Shown in pieces: positions 37,741-45,178 of a stretch of DNA of 45,772 nucleotides. The stretch covers positions 1 to 45,772 of the forward strand of contig JAFDJC010000001.1 of NCBI GenBank assembly GCA_019307665.1, written 5' to 3'. Position numbers and translations under genes: made by a program. Below the pieces are notes generated by a model. The model made no database searches and was not told where the DNA came from. It was given only the letters and a program-made list of their open reading frames with translations. The DNA is from Deltaproteobacteria bacterium. Lineage in GTDB: Bacteria; Desulfobacterota; Desulfobacteria; Desulfobacterales; SURF-7. Each line of letters starts with the position of its first letter. Positions within the stretch are counted from its first letter, which is position 1.

Positions 37741-37971
37741 ATGCAAAATCTGTTAAAAAATATTGTGCAGGCACTGGTTGATAATCCAGAACAGATTGAG
37801 ATCACAACAGTAAGGGGAAATCAAGCCATTATATTAGAACTTAAGGTGGCAAAAGAAGATATTGGGAAGGTAATAGGAAAAAAAGGTCGTACTGCTCATG
37901 CAATTCGGACCATATTGGGCGCTGCTTCTGCCAAAACAAAAAACCGCACAACCCTTGAAATCATTGGATAA
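37741..37971 (+). CDS. KH-domain RNA-binding protein (UPF0109/YlqC-like)
   Basis: 76 aa. L...V.ALVD.P..I.......G....L.L.V..ED.GKVIGKKGRTA.AIRT.L matches the small KH family. AAAGGAG SD upstream. Confidence 0.8.
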   Translation: MQNLLKNIVQALVDNPEQIEITTVRGNQAIILELKVAKEDIGKVIGKKGRTAHAIRTILGAASAKTKNRTTLEIIG

Positions 37972-38088
37972 TGGAATGCTCCCCCTCATAAGAAAGTTAA
38001 CAACACTTCTCTCAGGCTTTAATCGGTATCTTACGTTATCAATTATTTAAAACGAAAAGGGTCATTTAAAAAATGTTATGAGGCAAAC

Positions 38089-38348
38089 TTGAATAAGATA
38101 TTTCATTTTATTTTATGCTTACTCCTTGCCGTTGTGCTGTTTCCCAGTACAACTTATTCTTCTGATGCTCACAAAAGAGAAACCCGAAGAGACGAACGCT
38201 TCATAGCCTATAAAAACGGTACAGTTATGGATACAAGTACTGGTTTGATGTGGGCTGCAGGTCTGCAAGTCGTTACGTGTACTCTCCTGACAAAAAATAC
38301 CGCGAACTCGGATTTCGCCTTGCAGCAGAATTTCGGATAACGAACTGA
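38089..38348 (+). pseudogene. Decayed secreted-protein gene (signal peptide plus the start of a DUF1566-like domain, then frameshift or deletion)
   Basis: Frame A: MNKIFHFILCLLLAVVLFPSTTYSS...ERFIAYKNGTVMDTSTGLMWAA, which has a DUF1566-like start and then becomes non-protein-like. From 38271 a second frame reads RYVYSPDKKYRELGFRLAAEFRITN*, a typical C-terminal ending (GFRL). The whole gene spans only about 260 nt. Confidence 0.45.
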
Positions 38349-38487
38349 AAAACCAACCCAGTAGCATCTTAGTATGACACACATAGAACAGGTATGGTCA
38401 AGGAAAGTTGATAGGAAGGGAAATCTCAATATTGAAAAAAAGAAGGGTCCTGTTTACATACCCTGCCTTTCTCTACCTGACTATTTC

Positions 38488-39330
38488 TCACTTATATTCC
38501 TTGACAATCTCGTAGAAAGTCAAACTTCCGATGAAGCAACCACTGCCACCATCACTACTGGGAGCAGCAGGAGGATTCGAGGTATCGATAATGCTTCGTC
38601 CGCCAGCTCCAACAGGTGGGACCATGTCAGCAGCCATTGTATCGTAAATCTCCTGAGCTATGACAAAAGATCCTGCTGCACTTGGATGCACTCCGTCAGA
38701 ACCGATATAGGCACAATTGGTCACACCACCGACCACGCCATCTGCAAAGACAGTGCGGATATCAACCATATGAACACCCAATGCGGTAAACTGAGTCATC
38801 ATAATATCCATTCCGTAATCTACGGCTCCGCTGTATTTTTCGTAATCACCACCGCAGTTAATACGCGGATAGCCAAACCATACTATATCTTCAATACCGT
38901 CAGCATATACGGAGGGTATCCATCCTACAGACCTGTCGAGTACATAGTTGATTGTCCTTTCGCAGAGTGGCAGCTCATTGTCATTACAACCCTGGAGAGT
39001 GTCATTGCCGCCTCCGTCCATGAGCAGCGTAGTAACCGGATTACCTGCAACCCCTCTGACATGATCGTTGTACTCACCGATGATATCATCGATCTTGTCG
39101 GCGCTTACAGAGTAATCATTATAATGCAGCCCCATCATGTCACCGAGATACACGGTAATGTTTGTACAATCGCTTGAAGCAAGGGCTATGTAAGAATCGC
39201 CGATACTTTTCATCACGTCAGTGTGTGGCAGTGCGTTGAAGTCGGAACAGCTCGAGTAGTTTGCTTCGCACCCCGTCATAGAAGCGCCTGCCGACACTGC
39301 AATGATCATAAAAAACCTGAATGTCCTCAT
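38488..39330 (-). CDS. SGNH/GDSL-family hydrolase lipoprotein
   Basis: Lipobox SMTGC. Block I SIGDSY, block III DGGGND and block V SDGVHPS. GGAG lies 7 nt before ATG 39330. Visibly higher GC than its flanks. Confidence 0.7.
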   Translation of the reverse strand: MRTFRFFMIIAVSAGASMTGCEANYSSCSDFNALPHTDVMKSIGDSYIALASSDCTNITVYLGDMMGLHYNDYSVSADKIDDIIGEYNDHVRGVAGNPVTTLLMDGGGNDTLQGCNDNELPLCERTINYVLDRSVGWIPSVYADGIEDIVWFGYPRINCGGDYEKYSGAVDYGMDIMMTQFTALGVHMVDIRTVFADGVVGGVTNCAYIGSDGVHPSAAGSFVIAQEIYDTMAADMVPPVGAGGRSIIDTSNPPAAPSSDGGSGCFIGSLTFYEIVKEYK

Positions 39331-39490
39331 AATGTTGCTCCATTTCATTGTTACAATAGGCTCACCTTACACCTTAGTCAACTGTTCAGTTTTCGGGGAT
39401 AAGTATACCTGTAAAAGCTGACCTTTCACCTGGCAGTGTTTTGGTGAAATGGTTGCGGTTTAATCTTAGTTCCAGTGAGGGACAGTGTCA

Positions 39491-39529
39491 CATAGAAAAA
39501 GGCAGGGCTAAAAAAATGACCCTGCCTTT
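39491..39529 (-). terminator. Intrinsic terminator downstream of H1-like gene copy 1
   Basis: Perfect 10-bp stem AAAGGCAGGG (39498-39507) / CCCTGCCTTT (39520-39529) with a 12-nt loop. On the minus strand the stem runs into TTTTT. Confidence 0.55.
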
Positions 39530-39630
39530 CTATTGTTCCTTAACCAGTCCTTTTCACCAACGCATCAACGTCAACGTTTTTTTTGGATCTTGAAATAATT
39601 TTCCTAAACAGTTTCAGATGCTGTTCGTGC

Positions 39631-39903
39631 TTAAACTTTCTTTTTAGTTGTTTTCTTAGCAACAGCTTTCTTTTTTGGAGTAGTTTTCTTAGCTGCAACT
39701 TTCTTCTTAGTTGTAGTTTTCCTTTTTGTAGTTGTTTTTTTGACCGCGACTTTCTTCTTAGGTGCAGCCTTCTTTTTAGAAGCAGTTTTCTTGACAGGTT
39801 TTATTTCTTTCAGAATTACCTCTGCAATTTTGCTGAGTGTTTTAATGAGAGCATCAACTTCTTTTTTCGCAGCTTTCAATTTTTTTTCCAGATCTAATGC
39901 CAT
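39631..39903 (-). CDS. Lysine-rich histone-H1-like protein, copy 1 (helical N-terminus plus AKK/TKK repeat tail)
   Basis: MALDLEKKLKAAKKEVDALIKTLSKIAEVILKEIKP, then KKTASKKKAAPKKKVAVKK...KKTTKKKV. SD AAGGGGGAA upstream. Paralogue of 44874..45146. Confidence 0.7.
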   Translation of the reverse strand: MALDLEKKLKAAKKEVDALIKTLSKIAEVILKEIKPVKKTASKKKAAPKKKVAVKKTTTKRKTTTKKKVAAKKTTPKKKAVAKKTTKKKV

Positions 39904-39930
39904 TAGATTTTCCCCCTTCTGAATTTATGT

Positions 39931-40023
39931 TTATTTTTTTCTACCGTTAACCTTATCCATCAACTCTCCAGAACATCTAAAAATTACAACTCTACGAGCA
40001 TCCATCATCATATCTTCACCAGT
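39931..40023 (-). pseudogene. 3'-terminal remnant of an ihfA paralogue (about 30 codons)
   Basis: The translation (T)GEDMMMDARRVVIFRCSGELMDKVNGRKK* is collinear with the end of the intact ihfA at 45179..45463. The upstream 259 bp are missing relative to that copy. Confidence 0.65.
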
Positions 40024-40047
40024 ATTATCATTTACCATTTGTGTCAA
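40022..40047 (-). promoter_or_regulatory. Putative promoter (TTGACA plus extended -10 TGATAATAC), conserved in both cassette copies
   Basis: The minus strand reads TTGACAcaaatggtaaaTGATAATAC. The same architecture sits at 45523-45548. The -35/-10 spacing is short (14 nt), so the extended -10 is the main support. Confidence 0.35.
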
Positions 40048-40197
40048 GAAATTAAATATGTTACAAAGTTCTTAAATATCCATTGAAATGTGGGGGGAAT
40101 TTAAGATGTCCATACACACAGAAAGAAGGTCAGGCTTAGACCGTTTGTTGAATTCCTTATTTTACCTTTTCATGTAACAAATATTGAGGAGGAGGGT

Positions 40198-40812
40198 ATG
40201 AGGAAGCTATTAGCTTTTGCTATTATTTTATTTTTTATGTCAAACACACATGCCGGTAGTAATAAATACAGTGATTGGCATTTTCAATGCATTGATAAAG
40301 AATGTAAGATATTTACTTATGTAGAAATACCCAAAACAGCAAAAGACGGTCCTGAAGTTCATTGTTATGTCCTTTCGGTTAAAGCAAACAACGATATCAT
40401 TTTACAAGAAGTATTTGATGTTGCTTTCCACAGAACCATGTCTCCAATTAACATACCGGTTGAATATGTAATCAAAAACACCGAAACAGCAGTTCGACAA
40501 TTTCATGATGCCAAAGGAAAAAAAATAATCTTACAGTTTGACAAACATAATGAGATTAGTTCAACGCCATCTGAAGCAGGTGTAAATTATTGCGTTTTTA
40601 AACAACAAAAAGCAGAAAAGCTAATTGATTTGTTTAGAAAAAAGAATAAAGTTGTTTTTATTCAAAAATTTATAGGTTTGGGATTTGTTTATCCAATTGG
40701 GCAACCATATCAAAAAACAAAAGCAGTTTTTTCATTAAAAGGTTTTTCGAAAGCATATAACAAGCTTATTAGCACCTCAGACAGCAAAACAAATGTTACA
40801 AGGCAACAGTAA
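40198..40812 (+). CDS. Secreted hypothetical protein (weak resemblance to the IalB family)
   Basis: Signal peptide MRKLLAFAIILFFMSNTHAGS. The W..QC....C pattern and the C-terminal FSLKGFSKAYNKL are reminiscent of IalB-like proteins (from memory, weak). Strong SD GAGGAGGAGGG. Confidence 0.55.
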   Translation: MRKLLAFAIILFFMSNTHAGSNKYSDWHFQCIDKECKIFTYVEIPKTAKDGPEVHCYVLSVKANNDIILQEVFDVAFHRTMSPINIPVEYVIKNTETAVRQFHDAKGKKIILQFDKHNEISSTPSEAGVNYCVFKQQKAEKLIDLFRKKNKVVFIQKFIGLGFVYPIGQPYQKTKAVFSLKGFSKAYNKLISTSDSKTNVTRQQ

Positions 40813-41059
40813 TAATCAAGGATATGCAAATGCGCAGTTTAATTTAGGTCTTATGTATAACAATGGTCAAGGAGTCCCCCAGAACTATAAAAAAGCATAT
40901 ATTTATTATAGCTTGGCTTCCGCACAAGGGCGCGAAAAGGCCAAACATAACATATCTATTATCGAACCCAAAATGACACCTTCACAAATCGCTGAAGCAC
41001 AGAAAAAAGCTGCTGAATTATGGGAAAAAATTGGGAAGGATCAGTCAGGGAAATCTTAA
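40793..41059 (+). CDS. Sel1-like repeat (SLR) protein, short, no signal peptide
   Basis: QGYANAQFNLGLMYNNGQGVPQNYKKAYIYYSLASAQGREKAKHN...MTPSQIAEAQKKAAELW is a canonical Sel1 repeat with the common C-terminal tail. Overlaps the preceding ORF by 20 nt in another frame. Confidence 0.55.
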   Translation: MLQGNSNNQGYANAQFNLGLMYNNGQGVPQNYKKAYIYYSLASAQGREKAKHNISIIEPKMTPSQIAEAQKKAAELWEKIGKDQSGKS

Positions 41060-41085
41060 CGTGTGGGCTGAGGCATGGCCGGCAT

Positions 41086-41739
41086 TCAGTTCATAAACTT
41101 CAGAAGTTCCTTTGGCCTACCGATTACTTCAACGGCGCCAGCCTCTCGCAACTCCTTCTCCGAACGAAAGCCCCACATCGCTCCAACTGGGAACATGTTG
41201 GCTTTAACAGCGGTTCTCATATCGACATCACTGTCACCCAGATAGAGAAACTCCTGTTCTGGAATATCCAAACGTTGGGCAATCTCTATAGAACCTGTGG
41301 GATCAGGTTTCATAGGAACTCCATCCCTCTGGCCAAGTATCACTGCAAATATCCAGTCAGGGAGAAACTTCTGAATGCAGAGCTCAGCGAAATGCTGGGG
41401 TTTGTTTGTAAGCACAGCCATCTCAATGTGTTTTGCAGTGAGGGCATCCAGTAATTCCGGTACTCCGTCGTACGGCTTGGTCTTCAAATCCCAATTACGG
41501 TTGTATTCCCTGAGGAAAGCCTCCAGACAATCTGCTGTAAGCTCATCATTGCGTCTCTCCGGTGGCAGTGCACGTGACACAAGCGTCGATGCTCCGGCAC
41601 CAACGAAATAGCGAAATGCTTCCAAGGGGTGCGTTGGGAGCCCTTTATCCTGCAAGACACGATTCAATGAGTCTGCAAGATCCGCCAAGGTATCAAGCAA
41701 CGTCCCATCCAAGTCAAAAATGACAGCCTTATACTTCAT
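41086..41739 (-). CDS. HAD-superfamily hydrolase (phosphoglycolate phosphatase-like)
   Basis: Motif I VIFDLDGTLLDT, motif II LTNK and motif IV YLGDSDVDM. Start at ATG 41739. Visibly higher GC than its neighbours. Confidence 0.85.
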   Translation of the reverse strand: MKYKAVIFDLDGTLLDTLADLADSLNRVLQDKGLPTHPLEAFRYFVGAGASTLVSRALPPERRNDELTADCLEAFLREYNRNWDLKTKPYDGVPELLDALTAKHIEMAVLTNKPQHFAELCIQKFLPDWIFAVILGQRDGVPMKPDPTGSIEIAQRLDIPEQEFLYLGDSDVDMRTAVKANMFPVGAMWGFRSEKELREAGAVEVIGRPKELLKFMN

Positions 41740-41840
41740 GTAATTCTCTCGGATCTTTATTGGCTTACCCAACATTACTTATCATACAGCCAGTGCTGAC
41801 CACACACAAACTTCCTCAACTGTACACTCATAATATAAAC

Positions 41841-41859
41841 ATGTTGTATCATACAACAT
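41841..41859. promoter_or_regulatory. Perfect 19-bp palindrome, operator-like
   Basis: ATGTTGTAT-C-ATACAACAT read directly. It lies in the divergent intergenic region, about 100 bp upstream of the HAD gene and about 200 bp upstream of the 42062/42127 ORFs. Confidence 0.3.
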
Positions 41860-42126
41860 ATTTTTGATTGTATACCCGTATCTTGATCCTTTCCAACGCT
41901 ATTGCGTTGCTATAAATTATGCCGAGACAGAACCATTTTTGCATTTTTTCAAATAAAACCGCTGGCATAAAAAATATAACTCATCACTTTCACTTGCAAT
42001 AAAGATTTATTGTGATAATTCGAAACTGATAACAACAAACAGAAAGGGGATCATACACACCATGGCAAAACGTAAAGCAAAAGCAGCAAGGGACATTGAG
42101 AAGATGAAATGGGTTAATCCAAAGTA

Positions 42127-42504
42127 ATGAACGTGTTTGGCAATCCAGAGAAAAGAAATAACACTGAACTTTTTCCGGAATTAAAGAGGGGTATTCTTGA
42201 AAGCGTAGCTATGTATTGGGTAGAACGACATAGCGGATTGAAGACAGTAGTTTTATTTGGAAGACAGCCAAATTACCCAATCCCAATAAAATATATTGTA
42301 TATTTTGAGTTTAAAAAAAAGAAAGATGCTTATCAATTTGAGATTGAACACATTCTTCAACCGGCAAACCTTATCACAGATAATGTAATAGAAGTCTATA
42401 AAGACCAAACTCCACGTCAATTCCAGCATGATTGGTGGTTTGAAACAAAAAGAGAAGATTGGATGAAGCACCAACCATTTTGGTTGTTGTATAAGAGATT
42501 GTGA
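42127..42504 (+). CDS. Hypothetical protein (125 aa), no recognisable domain
   Basis: ORF only. Its ATG overlaps the stop of a 21-codon upstream ORF (42062-42127, MAKRKAKAARDIEKMKWVNPK*) as TAATG. An SD-like AAAGGGGA precedes 42062, not 42127. Confidence 0.4.
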   Translation: MNVFGNPEKRNNTELFPELKRGILESVAMYWVERHSGLKTVVLFGRQPNYPIPIKYIVYFEFKKKKDAYQFEIEHILQPANLITDNVIEVYKDQTPRQFQHDWWFETKREDWMKHQPFWLLYKRL

Positions 42505-42566
42505 AAAATAATGTTACAAGTCCTGCTGAATAGCTGATTACAATTATCTTTAGTACAAACAGATGA

Positions 42567-42593
42567 GTACCCCACCGGGGGGGGGTACGGTGG
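42567..42593. terminator. GC-rich hairpin(s) containing a G9 run, between convergent genes
   Basis: GTACCCC (42567-42573) pairs with GGGGTAC (42582-42588). Alternatively CCACCG (42572-42577) pairs with CGGTGG (42588-42593). G9 run at 42577-42585. No U-tract on either strand. Confidence 0.3.
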
Positions 42594-42601
42594 ATCAAAC
42601 T

Positions 42602-43393
42602 TCACCCTTCTTGTACCATATTAACAAATTCCGGAAGCATAAGAATCTGTACATTCCTATCTTGCGGCATGTTAAGGATTGCCTGGAAATAGCAACCCGT
42701 GCATACATGAACCATACATTTCGTTTTGACGTTGTTTATCATATGATCTAAACCATCCGCCTTATAGCAGCAAGCTGGAGCACTTATGCGATTGATTGAA
42801 AGATCTTCTATTTTATCAAAAACCGTATTGGTTGATTTTAAATCCATGGGGACTGGTGAGAACTTTTTATGGAGTCGATAACAGCCTGCATAATAGTCAA
42901 TTTCCTTATTCCAATGCAAAGTGGTGATCGCACCACTTAATGCCTGTGGATAGAAAACTATGTTCTCGTTCGGAAAAGCATGCTTGTATATAGGATAACA
43001 AGGGGAACAGAAAATAATAATTCTTTTCGATCCAAGCTCCCTGGCTTTGTTAATGTTTAGGCCTACAAACTCTTTAGAAAGTGATCGGCATTCAGCCATT
43101 GCTTCGTCATCTTTGGCCTTAATTGCCGGACGATATAGATTATTCCCACAACAATATTCTTTTGACAGAAACGTATAATTGATTCCATCCCGATCCAGGA
43201 CTTTGGTAAATTGTTTTAAAATATGAGGTATAGTTCCAAGTATCTGACACCCAGTAATAATCGTATTTTCGGCCTGTTGGTCATAAGGCATCCCATGGGC
43301 ATCCATAACTTCGACCCGATCAGGTAAATCATTGCTTGTATTCCCTGTTGTACGGATTATTTCGACAGTGTTTTCGTCTAAGAGAGAATGCAT
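42602..43393 (-). CDS. Cysteine-rich CCG-domain protein (HdrB/GlcF/LutA-like)
   Basis: Two CCG-type modules: EYCCGNNLY...FCSPCYPIY and APACCYK...VCTGCYFQA. SD AAAGGAAG upstream. Confidence 0.7.
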   Translation of the reverse strand: MHSLLDENTVEIIRTTGNTSNDLPDRVEVMDAHGMPYDQQAENTIITGCQILGTIPHILKQFTKVLDRDGINYTFLSKEYCCGNNLYRPAIKAKDDEAMAECRSLSKEFVGLNINKARELGSKRIIIFCSPCYPIYKHAFPNENIVFYPQALSGAITTLHWNKEIDYYAGCYRLHKKFSPVPMDLKSTNTVFDKIEDLSINRISAPACCYKADGLDHMINNVKTKCMVHVCTGCYFQAILNMPQDRNVQILMLPEFVNMVQEG

Positions 43394-43445
43394 AAACTTC
43401 CTTTCTAATACTGTTAACTTCTATACTGTAACTAACGTGAATTCA

Positions 43446-43604
43446 TCACATATCATCTTTCCGGGCATTAAGAATCATTTCTTTTAATTCATCTGCGCTA
43501 AGAACATCATCCTTTCTACGATGTAGCATTCTATGGCAGTTAGCACAAACCGGAATGAGATCCTCATAAGGATCGATCACTTGCTCACCATCGAATGTAC
43601 TCAC
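43446..43604 (-). pseudogene. C-terminal fragment of an HNH endonuclease
   Basis: My own translation: VSTFDGEQVIDPYEDLIPVCANCHRMLHRRKDDVLSADELKEMILNARKDDM*. It contains the distal N...CxxCH...H half of the HNH motif. An in-frame TAA lies 2 codons upstream of the GTG, and the proximal half of the motif is absent. Confidence 0.55.
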
Positions 43605-43878
43605 CTTTTAGAGGAACTTAATTTATCACACCATATAAAAAGCCATTAGCTTTTTCAAGGAATCAAGGATTCCAGCGAATAATAATACTGGCCTATATTA
43701 GGATCTGGAGCTGGTAATGTTATAGTCAGTCGGGCAACAGTTACTTATCTCAAGGATAGTTTTATCGGTATCCAGGAACTGTAGAATTTGATCTGATTTC
43801 ATATGAAACGTGTTTGTAGCTGCTACGTTCTGCAATGGTTTGTGCATTTGCATAGCAACTTCCGAGTCCCCTTTAAAC

Positions 43879-44808
43879 TTAGATCCATTTTATTTCAGGC
43901 TCTCTCCGCTCAATGAGACGGTGATATTTGACATCGGGGTGCCCTACTACCATTGCACCATAGGACTGGTGTTCTTTAGGTATGCCCAACCAATGCTTTA
44001 TTTTTTTATCCATATTAGCACCAGCTTGTACAAAACCCAAAAAACAAGCTCCAAGGCCCAGACTATGGGCCATCAACGAACAGTTATATAGGGCTACCGA
44101 ACAGTTGAATGGTGCCACAGAGTCAAAAGATTGACCGTGAGCTATGATTACTGCAGATCCATAAGGAAGAGGTCCATAGGCATGTTTATCTTTCTTATTC
44201 TTTAAAAAATCATACCACATGGCGTAATGACGCAAAGAGTATACTATTGATCGACCGAACTTCATCCCATAAAAAAATGCGATCGCACTATTCTGCATTA
44301 GTTTGAAACTATTTTCCATAAAGCCCTCGACCAGAGAGCGAAGCTCAGCTACTTTTTGATGATTTGAGACGACAACATAATTGACATCCTGTCGATTGCT
44401 ACCTGTCGGGGCATAACGACCAGCATCAATTATTCTTATCAATTGGTCTTTGGAGACCGGCTTATCTTTGAACAGACGAACAGATCTTCTTTCTCTGATT
44501 AATAACTGAAGGGCGTCCGCAGTGACTGCAGGTCCCGGCCCTGGTTTTAGACTTGTATCTGTCTCAACTTCCTGCTGAACAACAGCCCCTTCAGGACAAA
44601 CAGCCCAACAATGACCGCAAGCAATACAACCCTCTCCATATACAACCTGCATTTTCTTGTCTCTTAATTCAAGTACTAACGCAGGACAGTCTTTAACACA
44701 CTGACCGCACCCTATGCACTTATCGATGCTTACCTGAGGTGGTGTTATTCCTCGACCCCAAACCGCATCCTTTTTAGCGCTGTCAAGAAACTGTCTGTTT
44801 TCCAACAT
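43879..44808 (-). CDS. Fusion of a 2x[4Fe-4S] ferredoxin domain and a nitroreductase domain
   Basis: CIGCGQCVKDCP and CIACGHCWAVCP, followed by RRSVRLFKDKPV...IIDAGRYAPTGSNRQ (nitroreductase). ATG 44808 with AAGGGGGGG upstream. The listed TTG 44877 would overlap the H1-like stop. Confidence 0.8.
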   Translation of the reverse strand: MLENRQFLDSAKKDAVWGRGITPPQVSIDKCIGCGQCVKDCPALVLELRDKKMQVVYGEGCIACGHCWAVCPEGAVVQQEVETDTSLKPGPGPAVTADALQLLIRERRSVRLFKDKPVSKDQLIRIIDAGRYAPTGSNRQDVNYVVVSNHQKVAELRSLVEGFMENSFKLMQNSAIAFFYGMKFGRSIVYSLRHYAMWYDFLKNKKDKHAYGPLPYGSAVIIAHGQSFDSVAPFNCSVALYNCSLMAHSLGLGACFLGFVQAGANMDKKIKHWLGIPKEHQSYGAMVVGHPDVKYHRLIERREPEIKWI

Positions 44809-44873
44809 GTGCCCCCCCTTCAGCAATATAGTTGTCAATGTACCCGGTAGATATTTTATGATGTTATTCCGGC

Positions 44874-45146
44874 TCAAGCCTTCTTTTTAGTGGTTTTCTT
44901 GGCAGCTGGTTTTTTCTTTGGTGCAGTTTTCTTAGCTGCTACTTTCTTCTTGGGTGCAACCTTCTTCTTGGCAGTTGTTTTTTTAGCTGCAACTTTTTTC
45001 TTTGGTGCAGCCTTCTTTTTTGCCGAAGTTTTCTTTGCCGGTTTAAATTCTTTCAGAATTACGTCTGCAATTTTGCCGAGTTTTTTGATGAGATCCTCAA
45101 CTTCTTTTTTCGCAGTCTTTAATCGTTTTTCCAGATCTAATGCCAT
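44874..45146 (-). CDS. Lysine-rich histone-H1-like protein, copy 2
   Basis: MALDLEKRLKTAKKEVEDLIKKLGKIADVILKEFKP, then KKTSAKKKAAPKKKVAAKK...KKTTKKKA. SD AAGGGGGAA. Lies 32 nt downstream of ihfA on the same strand. Confidence 0.7.
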   Translation of the reverse strand: MALDLEKRLKTAKKEVEDLIKKLGKIADVILKEFKPAKKTSAKKKAAPKKKVAAKKTTAKKKVAPKKKVAAKKTAPKKKPAAKKTTKKKA

Positions 45147-45178
45147 AAGATTTCCCCCTTCTGAATTTATGTTTATTA

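Noticed and set aside
38374-39177. 267-aa ORF on the + strand
   Set aside because: It is entirely antisense to the SGNH hydrolase gene, which has a lipobox and all the SGNH blocks. Its translation is low-complexity (T/S/I-rich) with no motifs. It is a shadow ORF of a GC-richer gene.
38460-39531. 13-nt direct repeat ACCCTGCCTTTCT flanking the SGNH gene as att sites or a target duplication
   Set aside because: Roughly a dozen or more exact 13-mer repeats are expected by chance among about 1e9 position pairs in a 45.8-kb AT-biased window. Both copies are halves of terminator-like hairpins, and no integrase or transposase is present.
39583-39897. 104-aa Phe/Leu/Ser-rich ORF (and its twin at 44890-45192)
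   Set aside because: These are the mirror images of the AAG/AAA-rich lysine-repeat genes. The minus-strand genes have strong SDs and a conserved non-repetitive N-terminus.
41841-41859. The palindrome as a LexA (SOS) box
   Set aside because: It does not fit CTGT-N8-ACAG, nor the deltaproteobacterial LexA motifs I know. It is kept only as a generic operator candidate.
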